From Macrostomum lignano (taxonomy: Eukaryota): 64,000 bases of DNA. The notes beneath the pieces were generated by a model. That model did not search any database. It worked only from the letters and a program-made list of their open reading frames with translations, and was not told the origin of the DNA. The position numbers were made by a program, and so were the translations under genes. Below, one piece after another: positions 1 through 11,302 of the stretch (position 1 is its first letter; the number at the start of each line of letters is the position of its first letter). The stretch covers positions 372,001 through 436,000 of the forward strand of contig NIVC01000420.1 in assembly GCA_002269645.1 (NCBI GenBank). Reading direction: 5' to 3'.

Positions 1-1915
1 AACCTGGACAAATCGAATCTAAAAGCAACAGAAATCTCATTCCTCGGCTACAAGATTAGCGCCGCTGGAATCACGCCGGACCCGGACCTGGTAGAGAAAA
101 TCCGTTCGGTAAAACCGCCCAAGGACAAAAAGCAGTTAGAATCTTTCCTAGGACTCGCGAACTTCTTTGGGAGGTTCATCAGAAGCTGCTCTGACATCGT
201 CGAGCCGCTCAATCAGCTGCGAGCCCGAGCTGCTGAGTTCAACTGGGGTCCGGCTGCGCAATCAGCGCTCTCGCTGATCAAGGACATTCTCAGCCGAGGA
301 CCGGTCATCAAACCGTACGACAAGCGCAAGTAAACGACACTCACCACCGATGCCAGCGAGAAGGAGATCGGAGCGATTCTGTCACAAAATGGTCACCCGA
401 TAATGTACTTCAGCAGGCGGCTGAGCAGCACCGAGACGCGCTACTCAAACATAGAGAGAGAGGCACTCGCAATCGTCTGGGCCATGGAGCGAGCTAAGCA
501 ATTCCTGCTGGGATCGCGCCTTACACTAAGAACCGATCACCGCCCGCTGGAGTTCATCTTCGGCTCGAGACGCCAACTGCCGAAAGTCGCAAATGCCAGG
601 CTGCTTCGGTGGGCCATAAAACTAATGGCTTTCGACTACGATATCGTCTACACGAAGGGCGAGTCGATCCCGCAGGTCGATGCGCTGTCACGGCTAGACT
701 TCGATGGTGACGGCTCCGAGAACCAGACTGAGCAGCGGCTGGAGAGCATTATCCACTGGACAGCGGAGGCTGTTATCCCATGGCAGGAACTCAAGGCCGA
801 ACCCCAGAGGGAGAGGCTGCTGATGGATGTCACAAAGCGAGTCGTCACTAACAGATGGTCGAACTGCTCTCCGGCTGAAAGACCGTTCAAAGCGGCCCGG
901 AATGCTCTGATTGTCGAGGACGGAGTTCTCTGCTATGGCGACCGGGCGGTCATTCCGGCCGTCCTCCGGCAAAAAGTTCTTCGGCTTGTGCACAACGACA
1001 CGCATCAAGGGTCCGGCTCGACGCGCGCTCGCCTGCAGAACTCCGCCTGATGGCCCGGCTACTGCAACGACGTGGAGGTCTTCATTCGCAACTGTCCAAC
1101 CTGCTCGAGACTGCGGCCAAGCGGTTCGGCGGCCGTCCATCGGTGGCCAGAGGAGCAGGAGCCCTGGCACAGGGTACACATGGACCACGCAAACGTTCCA
1201 AAGGTCGGGCTGCTGCTAATTCTGGTCGACGCGATGTCCGGCTGGCCGGAGGCTGTACGAGTGCCTAACAGAGACGCGGCCACTGTCAAGCGAGTGCTGC
1301 AGGCCGTCTTCGCGAGAACCGGTGTGCCCCACGTACTCGTCAGCGACAACGCAGCCGAGTTTCATGATGCCAATCTGCTCGCCTGGCTAGAGAGAATCGG
1401 CTGCCGCGCTGTAAAAACGCCACCGAGACATCCGCAATCCAACGGCTTGGCGTAGCGGATGGTCCAGTCCATCAAGAGAGCATCAGCAGCCTGGGATCAG
1501 CGATCAGAGCCCTACGACTCATTTCTGTCCAGGCTGCTCCTCAACTACAGATGCGTGCCGTACGCAGGCCGAATGCAGAGCCCGGCGCAGCTCATGGGTC
1601 GGTAGCTGCGCAACCCCGATCACCATGCAGACCCCCATCGGAGCAAGCGTCTGGTACACACCCGGTGGCAAACAGGAGCAAGAGCAAGCCGAGTTCGTGG
1701 CGCAGAAGGGCACAAACACGGCACTGATCGCTCGACACGGAGGTCAGGTCACCCTGGCTCACGCCGACCAGCTGAGCCCGGTCATTGAGCAGCCGACTGA
1801 GCCAGTCCAGCACCAGCCAGACGAGCCCATTGATCTCCGGACTGGCGAGCAGCTCGCAGAGCATCAGCCTGACGATCTCGATCAAGAACAGCCAAGCGGA
1901 CATCGGCGAGATTGA
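1..1915 (+). mobile_element. Decayed Ty3/Gypsy LTR-retrotransposon pol fragment (end of RT, RNase H, integrase), truncated by the window edge
   Basis: Frame 1 reads SFLGYKIS..FLGLANFF..TDAS..IEREALAI..TDHRPL (RT/RNase H), then HxxxH..CxxC, HMDH, SDNA and NGLA (integrase). In-frame stops occur at 331 (TAA), 1048 (TGA in place of Trp), 1453 (TAG in place of Glu) and 1603 (TAG), with a +1 frameshift near 1615. No PPT or 3' LTR was seen. Confidence 0.93.
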
Positions 1916-2307
1916 TAGAGTGTGAAAGATTGAGAGTTAATCTTAAAAAGTTCTTTAAAAATTTTTAGCAATAAGAAGCGTTGAGATAGCGCATGCATTC
2001 TGAGTGCAGTGAAGTCATTTCAGTCAGTGTTTTGATAAGAAAAGAGTTTTACTACACCATAACCGACAAAATTAAGGAGTCACTCTGCCCTATGCTGCAT
2101 TTCATGTACAAAGTATGACTAACTTCTTTAGCACAGCGGCTCTGATATCAATAATTAATGAGCACATTCTAACAGTACATTGACTGGAGATTAGAAGTTC
2201 TTTTCTGGCTTATTTGGCCCCTGGATGAAGTTGACATTGCGGGCAACTACGAGTTATGGAACCATTTTAGTAATTAGTTTGTTAGCTAATATTCGCGATC
2301 AGGGGTA

Positions 2308-3351
2308 GTCTGTATGCTGTATGCACTGCAGTGTGTATGCATGACAGTGTCTGTAGCCTGCTGTCTGTATCTGCAGTGTGTATGCATGACAGTGTCTGTA
2401 GCCTACTGTCTGTATCTGCAGTGTGTATGCATGACAGTGTCTGTAGCCTGCTGTCTGTATCTGTAGTGTGTATGCATGACAGTGTCTGTAGCCTACTGTC
2501 TGTATCTGCAGTGTGTATGCATGACAGTGTCTGTAGCCTACTGTCTGTATCTGTAGTGTGTACGCATGACGGTGTCTGTAGCCTGCTGTCTGTATCTGTA
2601 GTGTGTATGCATGACAGTGTCTGTAGCCTACTGTCTGTATCTGCAGTGTGTATGCATGACAGTGTCTGTAGCCTACTGTCTGTATCTGTAGTGTGTACGC
2701 ATGACGGTGTCTGTAGCCTGCTGTCTGTATCTGTAGTGTGTACGCATGACGGTGTCTGTAGCCTGCTGTCTGTATCTGTAGTGTGTACGCATGACGGTGT
2801 CTGTAGCCTGCTGTCTGTATCTGTAGTGTGTATGCATGACAGTGTCTGTAGCCTACTGTCTGTATCTGCAGTGTGTATGCATGACAGTGTCTGTAGCCTA
2901 CTGTCTGTATCTGTAGTGTGTACGCATGACGGTGTCTGTAGCCTGCTGTCTGTATCTGTAGTGTGTACGCATGACGGTGTCTGTAGCCTGCTGTCTGTAT
3001 CTGTAGTGTGTATGCATGACAGTGTCTATAGCCTGCTGTCTGTATCTGCAGTGTGTATGCATGACAGTGTCTGTAGCCTACTGTCTGTATCTGTAGTGTG
3101 TATGCATGACAGTGTCTGTAGCCTACTGTCTGTATCTGTAGTGTGTACGCATGACGGTGTCTGTAGCCTGCTGTCTGTATCTGTAGTGTGTACGCATGAC
3201 AGTGTCTATAGCCTGCTGTCTGTATCTGCAGTGTGTATGCATGACAGTGTCTGTAGCCTACTGTCTGTATCTGTAGTGTGTACGCATGACGGTGTCTGTA
3301 GCCTGCTGTCTGTATCTGTAGTGTGTATGCATGACAGTGTCTGTAGCCTAC
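2308..3351. repeat. 45-bp minisatellite (GTGTGTATGCATGACAGTGTCTGTAGCCTGCTGTCTGTATCTGCA), about 23 copies
   Basis: Tandem units are directly visible; they generate the repetitive ORF 2331-3464. Confidence 0.97.
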
Positions 3352-3358
3352 TCACTGT

Positions 3359-3555
3359 TGTAATTACCTCGCAATATTATTATCAATTTGTTCTAAATAG
3401 GCGAGTGAGTTATATTATAAATGTACATCTTGTGTCGCATGAGTCATGTACGCCGTACGCGTAAAACCTCAAATATATATATCGCTAACCTGGCCAGTTA
3501 GGGCCCCATGGTTGATTTTCTCGCTCAGCTTAACACGCGACCTTCAGACTTTACA
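3359..3555 (+). repeat. 5' LTR (197 bp)
   Basis: TGTAATTACC...GACTTTACA. It differs from the 3' LTR at one position only (CGCGACC vs CGCGGCC). Confidence 0.97.
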
Positions 3556-3556
3556 G

Positions 3557-3570
3557 TGGCGTCGCAAGCA
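3557..3570 (+). promoter_or_regulatory. Primer-binding site TGGCGTCGCAAGCA (complement of a tRNA 3' end ...TGCTTGCGACGCCA; tRNA-Ser-like by inference)
   Basis: Starts 1 nt after the 5' LTR with TGG, the complement of CCA. The tRNA identity is inferred from the G discriminator and the T-arm-like sequence. Confidence 0.8.
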
Positions 3571-3592
3571 AGCCCACTTTGTCCAGTCACTC

Positions 3593-6500
3593 ATGGCTCA
3601 ATTCATCTCACTGCCACCCCCTGAGCAATTCAGCACTAGCGCAGATCAACAGAATGCCGGTAAACGCTGGAACAAATGGTCCGATCATTTTTGTGACTTT
3701 ATCGAAGCGTCAGGCATCAAAGACGAAACTCAGAAGTGCAAGCTCCTGGCCTACACGGCCGGCAGAGAAATCGCGCAAATCATTAAAGACCTGCCAGATG
3801 ACAAGAAAGACAGCCTCGAAACTCTGCTCGCAGCAATAAAAGAGCACTTCAAGGAGCGCAACAACATCGTATTTGCCCGCTATCAGTTTCGTCTATGCGT
3901 TCAGCAAACCGGAGAGCCAGTGGACTCCTGGTACTCTCGACTCAACTCAGCGGCCGAGACCTGCGAGTTCTTAACACTCAAGGACTCCCTAATCAGAGAT
4001 CAGATAGTGGCGACATGCTGCTCCGATAAACTTCGGCGAAGATTGCTGCAGGAGTCCAACATCTCTCTCGGCGATGCGTTGAGACAAGCGCGCGCGTTTG
4101 AAGCAGCAGAAGAGCAGGCCACGGCCATTGAGAACTCCAGTAGCATCGCAGCAGTGCACAGAGCGGCACCGAAGCAGTTCAGAGACAGCGGAACGCGCCC
4201 GAACAGTCAGCGGGTCCCTGGCGGCCAAGCAAACAGCGGCCCAACCAGCTGCTATCGATGCGGCGAACGCGGGCACAGCTCATGCAACGCGGCAAAAGGC
4301 AAAACCTGCCTGGCATGCGGCAAGCCAAACCATCTCGCCAAAGCATGCAGACAACGCAGGCCTCAAACAAGCTCCAGCATCAACGCCGTAGCGGACAAAG
4401 AAGCTGAGGAGGTCTTCATCGATCACGATTCGCTAAATGAGGAGGCCTTCACTATCCAGTCGCAAAAAACGGCACCTAGACGCAACTCCGCCAACACTAA
4501 TCTGAGGATCGAGGGCAAGGACTTCATCGTACTCGTGGATAGTGGAGCCAGTTGCAACGTCATGAGCGAGGAGAACTTCCGGCGGCTAAGAAATGTTCGA
4601 CTGCGCAGCGCCATCCATCCAATTTTCAGCTACGGGTCCACAACGCCTCTCCAAGTCCTGGGTGTCGCTGACCTCAACGTGAGCACCGCAGCTAGCAGAC
4701 AACTAGCTTCATTCTACATCACCAAAGGCTGTGGAACCACACTACTCGGTCGAGAAACCGCTTTCAACATGGGAATTCTGCACATCCAACATCCAACAGT
4801 TGAAGTCAACTCGGTGCAGCCCACGGAAAATCTAGCCGCATCAGGTATTCAAGAGCTGTTCTCCAAGTACAGAGATGTCGACCAAGATCTTCCAACCGAA
4901 CTCCGCATCAGCAGCATCCTTGGTGAGTTTCAGTCAATCTTCGAAGGCCTTGGCTGCGTTAAGGGCGTCGAGGTCGACGTTCGTCTTCGACCAGAAGCTG
5001 TCCCAGTCTGTCACCCACCCTCCAGAGTTCCCGTTCACCAGCGGTCGGCGGTCATCGCGGAACTTCAGGCTCTCCTCGACCAAGGAATCATCGAGCGCGT
5101 CAACGGCCCGTCACCGTGGGTCTCCCGCATGGTTGTCGTCCCGAAAGAAGGCGGTGGCATCCGCATCTGCCAAGACCTGCGCGACGTCAACTCATTTGCC
5201 GTGCCAGAAAAGCAGCCCATCCCAACCTTTGAAGAGATCACGGACGAAATGGCGGGTTCCACGGTATTCAGCGAGCTCGACATCGTAAAGGCTTTCCACC
5301 AAATTCTTGTCAAACCGGAATCCCGTCACGTCTTCACCTTCAGCACCCCACTGGGTCTCATGCGACTGACCAGACTCAGCATGGGATTCACCAACGCATC
5401 CGAGATATTGCAAAGGGTTATGACAGGCGTCCTGAGCGGCCTTGAAGGTGTCCGATGGGCACACGATGACATCACCGTCTTTGCGAGCACGATGGAAGAG
5501 CACAACATCCGACTAAAACAGTGCTTCAAGCGCCTACAAGACCATGGAATCACACTCAACCCGAACAAGTGTCGCCTGGCACAGCCTTTCATCGATTTTC
5601 TTGGTATGCGCATCAGCGCACGAGGCGTTCAGCCTGCAGCCGAGAAGATCAAGGCCGTCAAAGACTTTAAGGAGCCAACAAATGTGTCAGAGCTGCGCTC
5701 ATTCCTCGGTTTGGCCACCTACCTGTCCAGGTTCGTTCCGAACTTCTCAGATCTGACGCAGCCAATGCGAGAACTGCTAAAAAAAGGTCATAAATGGTGC
5801 TGGTCAGAAAGGCAACAAGAAGCATTCCTGCAAACAAGAGCAGCGATCTGCAAGGAGAGCGTCCTGGCCTTCTTTGACGTGAATCTCCCAACAGAAGTTC
5901 ATGTGGACGCCTCACCAGTCGGCCTGGGTGCCATTCTCAGCCAGGTGGATGAGAAAGGCGTTCGCAAACCGGTCGCCTTCGCCAGCAGGTCGCTCACGCC
6001 AGTTGAGCAGCGATACGCCCAAATTGAACGCGAGGCGCTTGCGGTGAAATTCGGGTGCCTACGTTTCGAGCACTACCTCAGCGGCTGCCCAGATCTCACA
6101 GTCATCACGGATCACCGCCCATTAGTCCCGCTTTTTCAACCTGGTTCCAGGCCTCCACCAAGGATTAAACGGATGGCTTTAAGAGTGCAGCACCTCAAAT
6201 TCAAGCTCATCTATCAGCCGGGGCCACAGAATCCAGCGGATGTCCTCAGTAGACAACCTGAAATGCAGACAAAGGACAACCCCGGGGAACTCCTGGACAG
6301 ACGCTTCATCAACGCAGTCGCCATCGGCTCTACTCCGAAAGGACTGAACTTTGCAACAATTCAGGAGGCTTCAAAGTCAGACGGCACGATCCAAGCAGCT
6401 CTATCAGCTCTACGAACTGGCCAATGGGACAAGCAGAACAGAGAACTGCGAGCCTTGTCCTGCCTGCAGCAGGAGCTTTCAGAACATGACGGCGTGCTAC

Positions 6501-7603
6501 TACGGAGCTCGTTGATCGTCATCCCGAGCAGCTTACGTCGGACGGTGCTCCAGCTGGCACATGCAGGCCACCAATGCTGCCGAAAAACTATGGACAGACT
6601 GCAAACCAAAGTCTGGTGGCCAGCGATGAGAAGCGACTGCCAGGCGTTCGTCCAGTCTTGCCTTCCCTGCCAAGCGACATCGCCGAAGAGCCTCGCACCG
6701 CCACCACTCTCACCGTCGCAACTTCCGGACGGAGCATGGCTGGTTCTTGGAATGGACTTTTACGGCCCAGTCCAAGGGAAAATGCTCCTGGTGACAACCG
6801 ATCTGTTTTCAAAATTTCCCGAGGTCGACATAGTCAGCTCAACATCAGCAGAGGCAGTGCTTCCGCATCTCCGGACTCTGTTTAGCAGATACGGCATCCC
6901 GTTGGAAATCGTCAGCGACAATGGACCTCCGTTTAACTCGGCAGAATTCACAAACTTCCTCTCAGAGTTCGGCATCAAGCATCGCCGGATCTGTCCGCTG
7001 CACCCCGAGGCGAACGGAGCGACCGAGCGAGTCAACAGGTGCATCAACAAGGTCATCAGAGCGGCCATCGCAGAAGGACGCAACTGGCGCACCGCACTCG
7101 ACGACTGGCTGCTCGCTCATCGCGTCACTCCGCACTCGGCAACCGGCGTGGCACCAGCCGAACTGCTCATGGGCCGAGCTCTCAACGACGGCCTCCCGTC
7201 AATCCAACCATCGCAGCCTGTGCAGCACGACCGCGCCGAACTCGCAAAGCGCCACGAGGCCTACAACAACCAGATGGCAGCAGGTTTCAACCGCTCCAGG
7301 AGGGCCAAGACAGCCAATGTCAAGCCGGGTTCGGCGGTTCTCCGCAAGCGGACGAGACGCACGAAAACTCAAACGCCTTTCGAGCTCGAACCCTGGACCG
7401 TCACCGACAGGCGAGGCGATTCCTACGTCCTGCGGCAAGGCGACCGGACATGCACTCGCCACCTGACGCACATCCGGCCTCTGACAGCGACCGAGGACCC
7501 ACCACCAGAAGCGGACGCCGGCGCCGCCTCGCCGGAGCGCGGCATTGCTGAGAGGCCGCACCCGAGAGCGGCCAAGGACAAGCCTATCAGCTACAGAGTT
7601 TGA
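3593..7603 (+). CDS. Gag-Pol polyprotein, 1336 aa (two CCHC knuckles, aspartic protease, RT, RNase H, integrase)
   Basis: ATG at 3593, downstream of the PBS. Motifs are CYRCGERGHSSC, CLACGKPNHLAKAC, LVDSGAS, AHDD, VDASPVGLG..EREAL..TDHRPL, HxxH..CxxC and MDF..SDNG..NGATER, with no stops. Confidence 0.95.
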   Translation: MAQFISLPPPEQFSTSADQQNAGKRWNKWSDHFCDFIEASGIKDETQKCKLLAYTAGREIAQIIKDLPDDKKDSLETLLAAIKEHFKERNNIVFARYQFRLCVQQTGEPVDSWYSRLNSAAETCEFLTLKDSLIRDQIVATCCSDKLRRRLLQESNISLGDALRQARAFEAAEEQATAIENSSSIAAVHRAAPKQFRDSGTRPNSQRVPGGQANSGPTSCYRCGERGHSSCNAAKGKTCLACGKPNHLAKACRQRRPQTSSSINAVADKEAEEVFIDHDSLNEEAFTIQSQKTAPRRNSANTNLRIEGKDFIVLVDSGASCNVMSEENFRRLRNVRLRSAIHPIFSYGSTTPLQVLGVADLNVSTAASRQLASFYITKGCGTTLLGRETAFNMGILHIQHPTVEVNSVQPTENLAASGIQELFSKYRDVDQDLPTELRISSILGEFQSIFEGLGCVKGVEVDVRLRPEAVPVCHPPSRVPVHQRSAVIAELQALLDQGIIERVNGPSPWVSRMVVVPKEGGGIRICQDLRDVNSFAVPEKQPIPTFEEITDEMAGSTVFSELDIVKAFHQILVKPESRHVFTFSTPLGLMRLTRLSMGFTNASEILQRVMTGVLSGLEGVRWAHDDITVFASTMEEHNIRLKQCFKRLQDHGITLNPNKCRLAQPFIDFLGMRISARGVQPAAEKIKAVKDFKEPTNVSELRSFLGLATYLSRFVPNFSDLTQPMRELLKKGHKWCWSERQQEAFLQTRAAICKESVLAFFDVNLPTEVHVDASPVGLGAILSQVDEKGVRKPVAFASRSLTPVEQRYAQIEREALAVKFGCLRFEHYLSGCPDLTVITDHRPLVPLFQPGSRPPPRIKRMALRVQHLKFKLIYQPGPQNPADVLSRQPEMQTKDNPGELLDRRFINAVAIGSTPKGLNFATIQEASKSDGTIQAALSALRTGQWDKQNRELRALSCLQQELSEHDGVLLRSSLIVIPSSLRRTVLQLAHAGHQCCRKTMDRLQTKVWWPAMRSDCQAFVQSCLPCQATSPKSLAPPPLSPSQLPDGAWLVLGMDFYGPVQGKMLLVTTDLFSKFPEVDIVSSTSAEAVLPHLRTLFSRYGIPLEIVSDNGPPFNSAEFTNFLSEFGIKHRRICPLHPEANGATERVNRCINKVIRAAIAEGRNWRTALDDWLLAHRVTPHSATGVAPAELLMGRALNDGLPSIQPSQPVQHDRAELAKRHEAYNNQMAAGFNRSRRAKTANVKPGSAVLRKRTRRTKTQTPFELEPWTVTDRRGDSYVLRQGDRTCTRHLTHIRPLTATEDPPPEADAGAASPERGIAERPHPRAAKDKPISYRV

Positions 7604-7718
7604 CGGGTTTTGACGGGTAACTGGTGCTAAGGGCTGAGACAAATGTTTTTTTACCCTTAATGTTTTATTCCTTTTTCCTTATCCTTTTAATCCGCATTTT
7701 TGAGCTTTTTCGTTTTTT

Positions 7719-7727
7719 GGGGAGAAG
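7719..7727 (+). promoter_or_regulatory. Polypurine tract GGGGAGAAG
   Basis: Immediately 5' of the 3' LTR. Confidence 0.9.
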
Positions 7728-7924
7728 TGTAATTACCTCGCAATATTATTATCAATTTGTTCTAAATAGGCGAGTGAGTTATATTATAAATGTACATCTT
7801 GTGTCGCATGAGTCATGTACGCCGTACGCGTAAAACCTCAAATATATATATCGCTAACCTGGCCAGTTAGGGCCCCATGGTTGATTTTCTCGCTCAGCTT
7901 AACACGCGGCCTTCAGACTTTACA
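7728..7924 (+). repeat. 3' LTR (197 bp)
   Basis: Matches the 5' LTR at 196/197 nt. Confidence 0.97.
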
Positions 7925-8532
7925 ACTGTCACTCACTGTTTTTGTGTCACTCACTGTAATTGGGTCACTCACTGTTCTTGAGTCACTCACTGTAATTGGG
8001 TCACTCACTGTTTTTGTGTCACTCACTGTAGTGGTGTCACTCACTGTTGTTGTGTCACTCACTGTTATTGTGTCACTCACTGTTTTTGTGTCACTCACTG
8101 TTGTTGTGTCACTCACTGTTGTTGTGTCACTCACTGTTGTTGTGTCACTCACTGTTGTTGTGTCACTCACTGTTGTTGTGTCACTCACTGTTATTGTGTC
8201 ACTCACTGTTGTTGTGTCACTCACTGTTGTTGTGTCACTCACTGTTGTTGTGTCACTCACTGTTATTGTGTCACTCACTGTTGTTGTGTCACTCACTGTT
8301 GTTGTGTCACTCACTGTTATTGTGTCACTCACTGTTGTTGTGTCACTCACTGTTATTGTGTCACTCACTGTTGTTGTGTCACTCACTGTTGTTGTGTCAC
8401 TCACTGTTGTTGTGTCACTCACTGTTATTGTGTCACTCACTGTTGTTGTGTCACTCACTGTTGTTGTGTCACTCACTGTTATTGTGTCACTCACTGTTGT
8501 TGTGTCACTCACTGTTATTGTGTCACTCACAG
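7925..8532. repeat. 18-bp minisatellite (GTGTCACTCACTGTTGTT), about 33 copies
   Basis: Tandem units are visible. The first unit supplies the retrotransposon TSD. Confidence 0.97.
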
Positions 8533-9000
8533 ATATTAACTTTCAGTCACTCTGTGAAATCTGCATCCTCATTTCGATATTTATTTTCAAATTTTACGGA
8601 AAAGTCACCCGAGAAAGCCCGTCCATGTTCAAGCAGAATCATGTAGAGTTGGCGGCAGGACATTTCTATACTTTGTATTTTGGACGCCTAGCTTAACTAT
8701 TTACCACGAAGTTGTCAGCAGAAATTGGCATATTATTGGCAATCTATCTCTTCCTAATCAAAGCAACCCCTTCTTACTGATGCCTTTCGTTTCTTGTTTT
8801 CATTTCCGACCAGACACCCTCCGCGCTCGGAGTGAGCGGCCTGCGTGTGCACTGCATTTGAACACTTCAATCTGTTAAAACCGCGTTCAAACACCCCAGC
8901 CAATAAACGACTGGCTTTAGCCAATCCAAATTTGGTTAGAACTGACAAATTCTGCAGGAAAGCGGAGAAGCACAAGAGGCGGAGAGGGGAGGAGTCTGTC

Positions 9001-9006
9001 TATAAA
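9001..9006 (+). promoter_or_regulatory. Candidate TATA box of the Cys-rich secreted protein gene
   Basis: TATAAA 86 nt upstream of the ATG at 9087. Confidence 0.55.
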
Positions 9007-9086
9007 TTGGCGACAGTCCTGGCTGCTGAAGAAGCGCAGAAATTCAAACTGACACCTCTCAGCGGCGTGCGGTACAAGCAATCAAG

Positions 9087-9636
9087 ATGGCTCTGATGAA
9101 CTTCTCTAACCGATTCGTGAGTCACCTGTCTTGTTTATCAATACTTAAAATGGTTTATGTTTTACTAACAACACTTTTCTACTGAATTCTAGCCAGTCTC
9201 TAAGCCGCTGTCGATGCTGCTGGTTGTTCTCCTGCTGGGAGCGGAGGGAGGCTGGGCAGCCTTCGGCTCGCGGCAGCTGCTTCTGCAGCAGAGGCAGACT
9301 GCTGTCGGCAGCTCGGAGACTGCCGCTTGCCACGAAGACTGCAGGACTGCCCAGGCTGAGTGCTGCTCCACCGGGGATGAGGTCGCCTGCAGGACCCGGT
9401 GCGCCAGAAGTGGCTTCCACTGCGGCCAGCGCTGCGGGCCTCGGATGCCCACCTGCTATGCGCAGTGCTTCGAGGGGTTCTTCGACTGCATGACCGACTG
9501 CTCCGAGGCCGACGCCAGCCGGCAGCTGAAGGCCTCCTGCAACCGCGACTGCGTCAGTCGGTACATGGGTTTCCGCGGCTGCCTCATGGCCTGCGGCCGT
9601 CGGACAAGAGAGGCTACTAAAGGCTTCTTCTATTAG
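9087..9636 (+). CDS. Small secreted cysteine-rich protein, 157 aa; exons 9087-9116 and 9193-9636
   Basis: 76-nt phase-0 intron (GTGAGT...TACTAAC...TTCTAG) with a perfect branch point. The protein has a hydrophobic signal-like stretch LSMLLVVLLLGAEGGWA and 16 Cys arranged as seven CX3C motifs plus one CC. Codon usage is GC-rich. Confidence 0.85.
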
Positions 9637-10053
9637 GAGACAAGAGCCTGGAACACTTGCCGAGTTACTAATCCGAACTCTGTGACCCCCGTGTTCTCCC
9701 CCGCTGTCCCCAAGCACCAGCTATTCCCGTTCTTGCATTTTAGCTTGGCAAGACAATGCAACGCCTCTATCCTATTTGAATATGACAAGTTCGGTTCGGT
9801 ACGAATAGATTTACAATAATCTATCGTCTTGTAAGATTTTTATTGGCAAAATCGCTTTGTCTTTTAACAGCTAAGTAATCGATTGTCCGCTCCGTGATTG
9901 TGTCTGTTATGTAAAAAGTTGTTTTAAATAATTAGTGACCGAGCACGCCAGAAACTCCCAGCTAAGCAAAATATATTGCAACAGTTGCACGTCTCATCAG
10001 CATTCGAAAGGCAAATTCTGTGGTGACTTTCTGAGAATCAGTTTTCTAGTATC

Positions 10054-10808
10054 GTTCAGTGTGAATCTCATGTCTATCAGTGTGAATCTCATATCTATCA
10101 GTGTGAATGTCTTATCTATCAGTGACAATCTCATATCTATCAGTGTGAATCTCTTATCTATCAGTGTGAATGTCTTATCTATCAGTGTGAATCTCATATC
10201 TATCAGTGTGAATCTCTTATCTATCAGTGTGAATCTCTTATCTATCAGTGTGAATCTCATATCTATCAGTGTGAATGTCTTATCTATCAGTGTGAATTTC
10301 TTATCTATCAGTGTGAATTTCTTATCTATCAGTGTGAATCTCTTATCTATCAGTGTGAATCTCATATCTATCAGCGTGAATCTCATGTCTATCAGTGTGA
10401 ATGTCTTATCTATCAGTGTGAATCTCATATCTATCAGCGTGAATCTCATATCTATCAGTGTGAATGTCTTATCTATCAGTGTGAATGTCTTATCTATCAG
10501 TGTGAATGTCTTATCTATCAGTGTGAATTTCTTATCTATCAGTGTGAATCTCTTATCTATCAGTGTGAATCTCATATCTATCAGCGTGAATCTCATGTCT
10601 ATCAGTGTGAATGTCTTATCTATCAGTGTGAATTTCATATCTATCAGTGTGAATCTCTTATCTATCAGTGTGAATCTCATATCTATCAGCGTGAATCTCA
10701 TGTCTATCAGCATGAATCTTTATGTCCCTCAGTGTGAATCTCATATTTATCAGTGTGAATCTCATGTCTATATGTGTGAATCTCATATCTATCAGTGTGA
10801 ATCTCATA
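10054..10808. repeat. 21-bp minisatellite (TCAGTGTGAATCTCATATCTA), about 35 copies
   Basis: Tandem units are visible. Confidence 0.96.
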
Positions 10809-11302
10809 TCCATCATGGTGAACCTTGTATATAATCATAAACATATTTTTAAAACCGTCTGTCATGGAATTATTAATTACTAGAGATATCAATATTACGC
10901 AGGAAAATGTTCTCTGGTTCACCCCAAACTCGAGATTGCCCTCCAAAGCTCCGTTAGTCCAAAAGCTCAATATTTGAACAAATTTCTAGCACAGCCTGTG
11001 CGTAAAACTTGAGCGAACTTACTCAACTCGTATCAGGAGTTGAAATTTAGTTGGGTAAAATGTTTCTGACCTCTGACCGTTGCATACTTCAGTTATATAG
11101 CCAACAGGGGCCCAGGCCCAGGGCTGCAAGGCATGCTTGCTTTAGCGAGCAGCCGAGATTATCAAGTCGAATCTCGCTAAAATGCCCAAAATGCTAAGAC
11201 TGGTGGCTTAAAAACCTGCTAGCAGAATGAACTGCCTTTAATAATGTATAACTTCTCACTTTTAGTCAATTGTACTCCATGTTAATTCACAATTCCGAAC
11301 AT

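Larger units (their letters stand above)
3359..7924 (+). mobile_element. Full-length, apparently intact Ty3/Gypsy (Mag-like) LTR retrotransposon, 4566 bp
   Basis: Two 197-bp TG...CA LTRs, a 5-bp TSD ACTGT (3354-3358 and 7925-7929), a PBS, a PPT and a single uninterrupted gag-pol ORF. Confidence 0.97.

Noticed and set aside
5459-5470. RT active site reads AHDD instead of YxDD
   Set aside because: Both catalytic Asp residues are intact, and to my knowledge non-Tyr variants occur in related Gypsy lineages. It is not evidence of inactivity or novelty.
3579-7642. Alternative-frame and antisense ORFs overlapping gag-pol (and similarly over the BMP, transposase, JMJD6 and kinase exons)
   Set aside because: These are shadow ORFs expected from GC-rich coding sequence.
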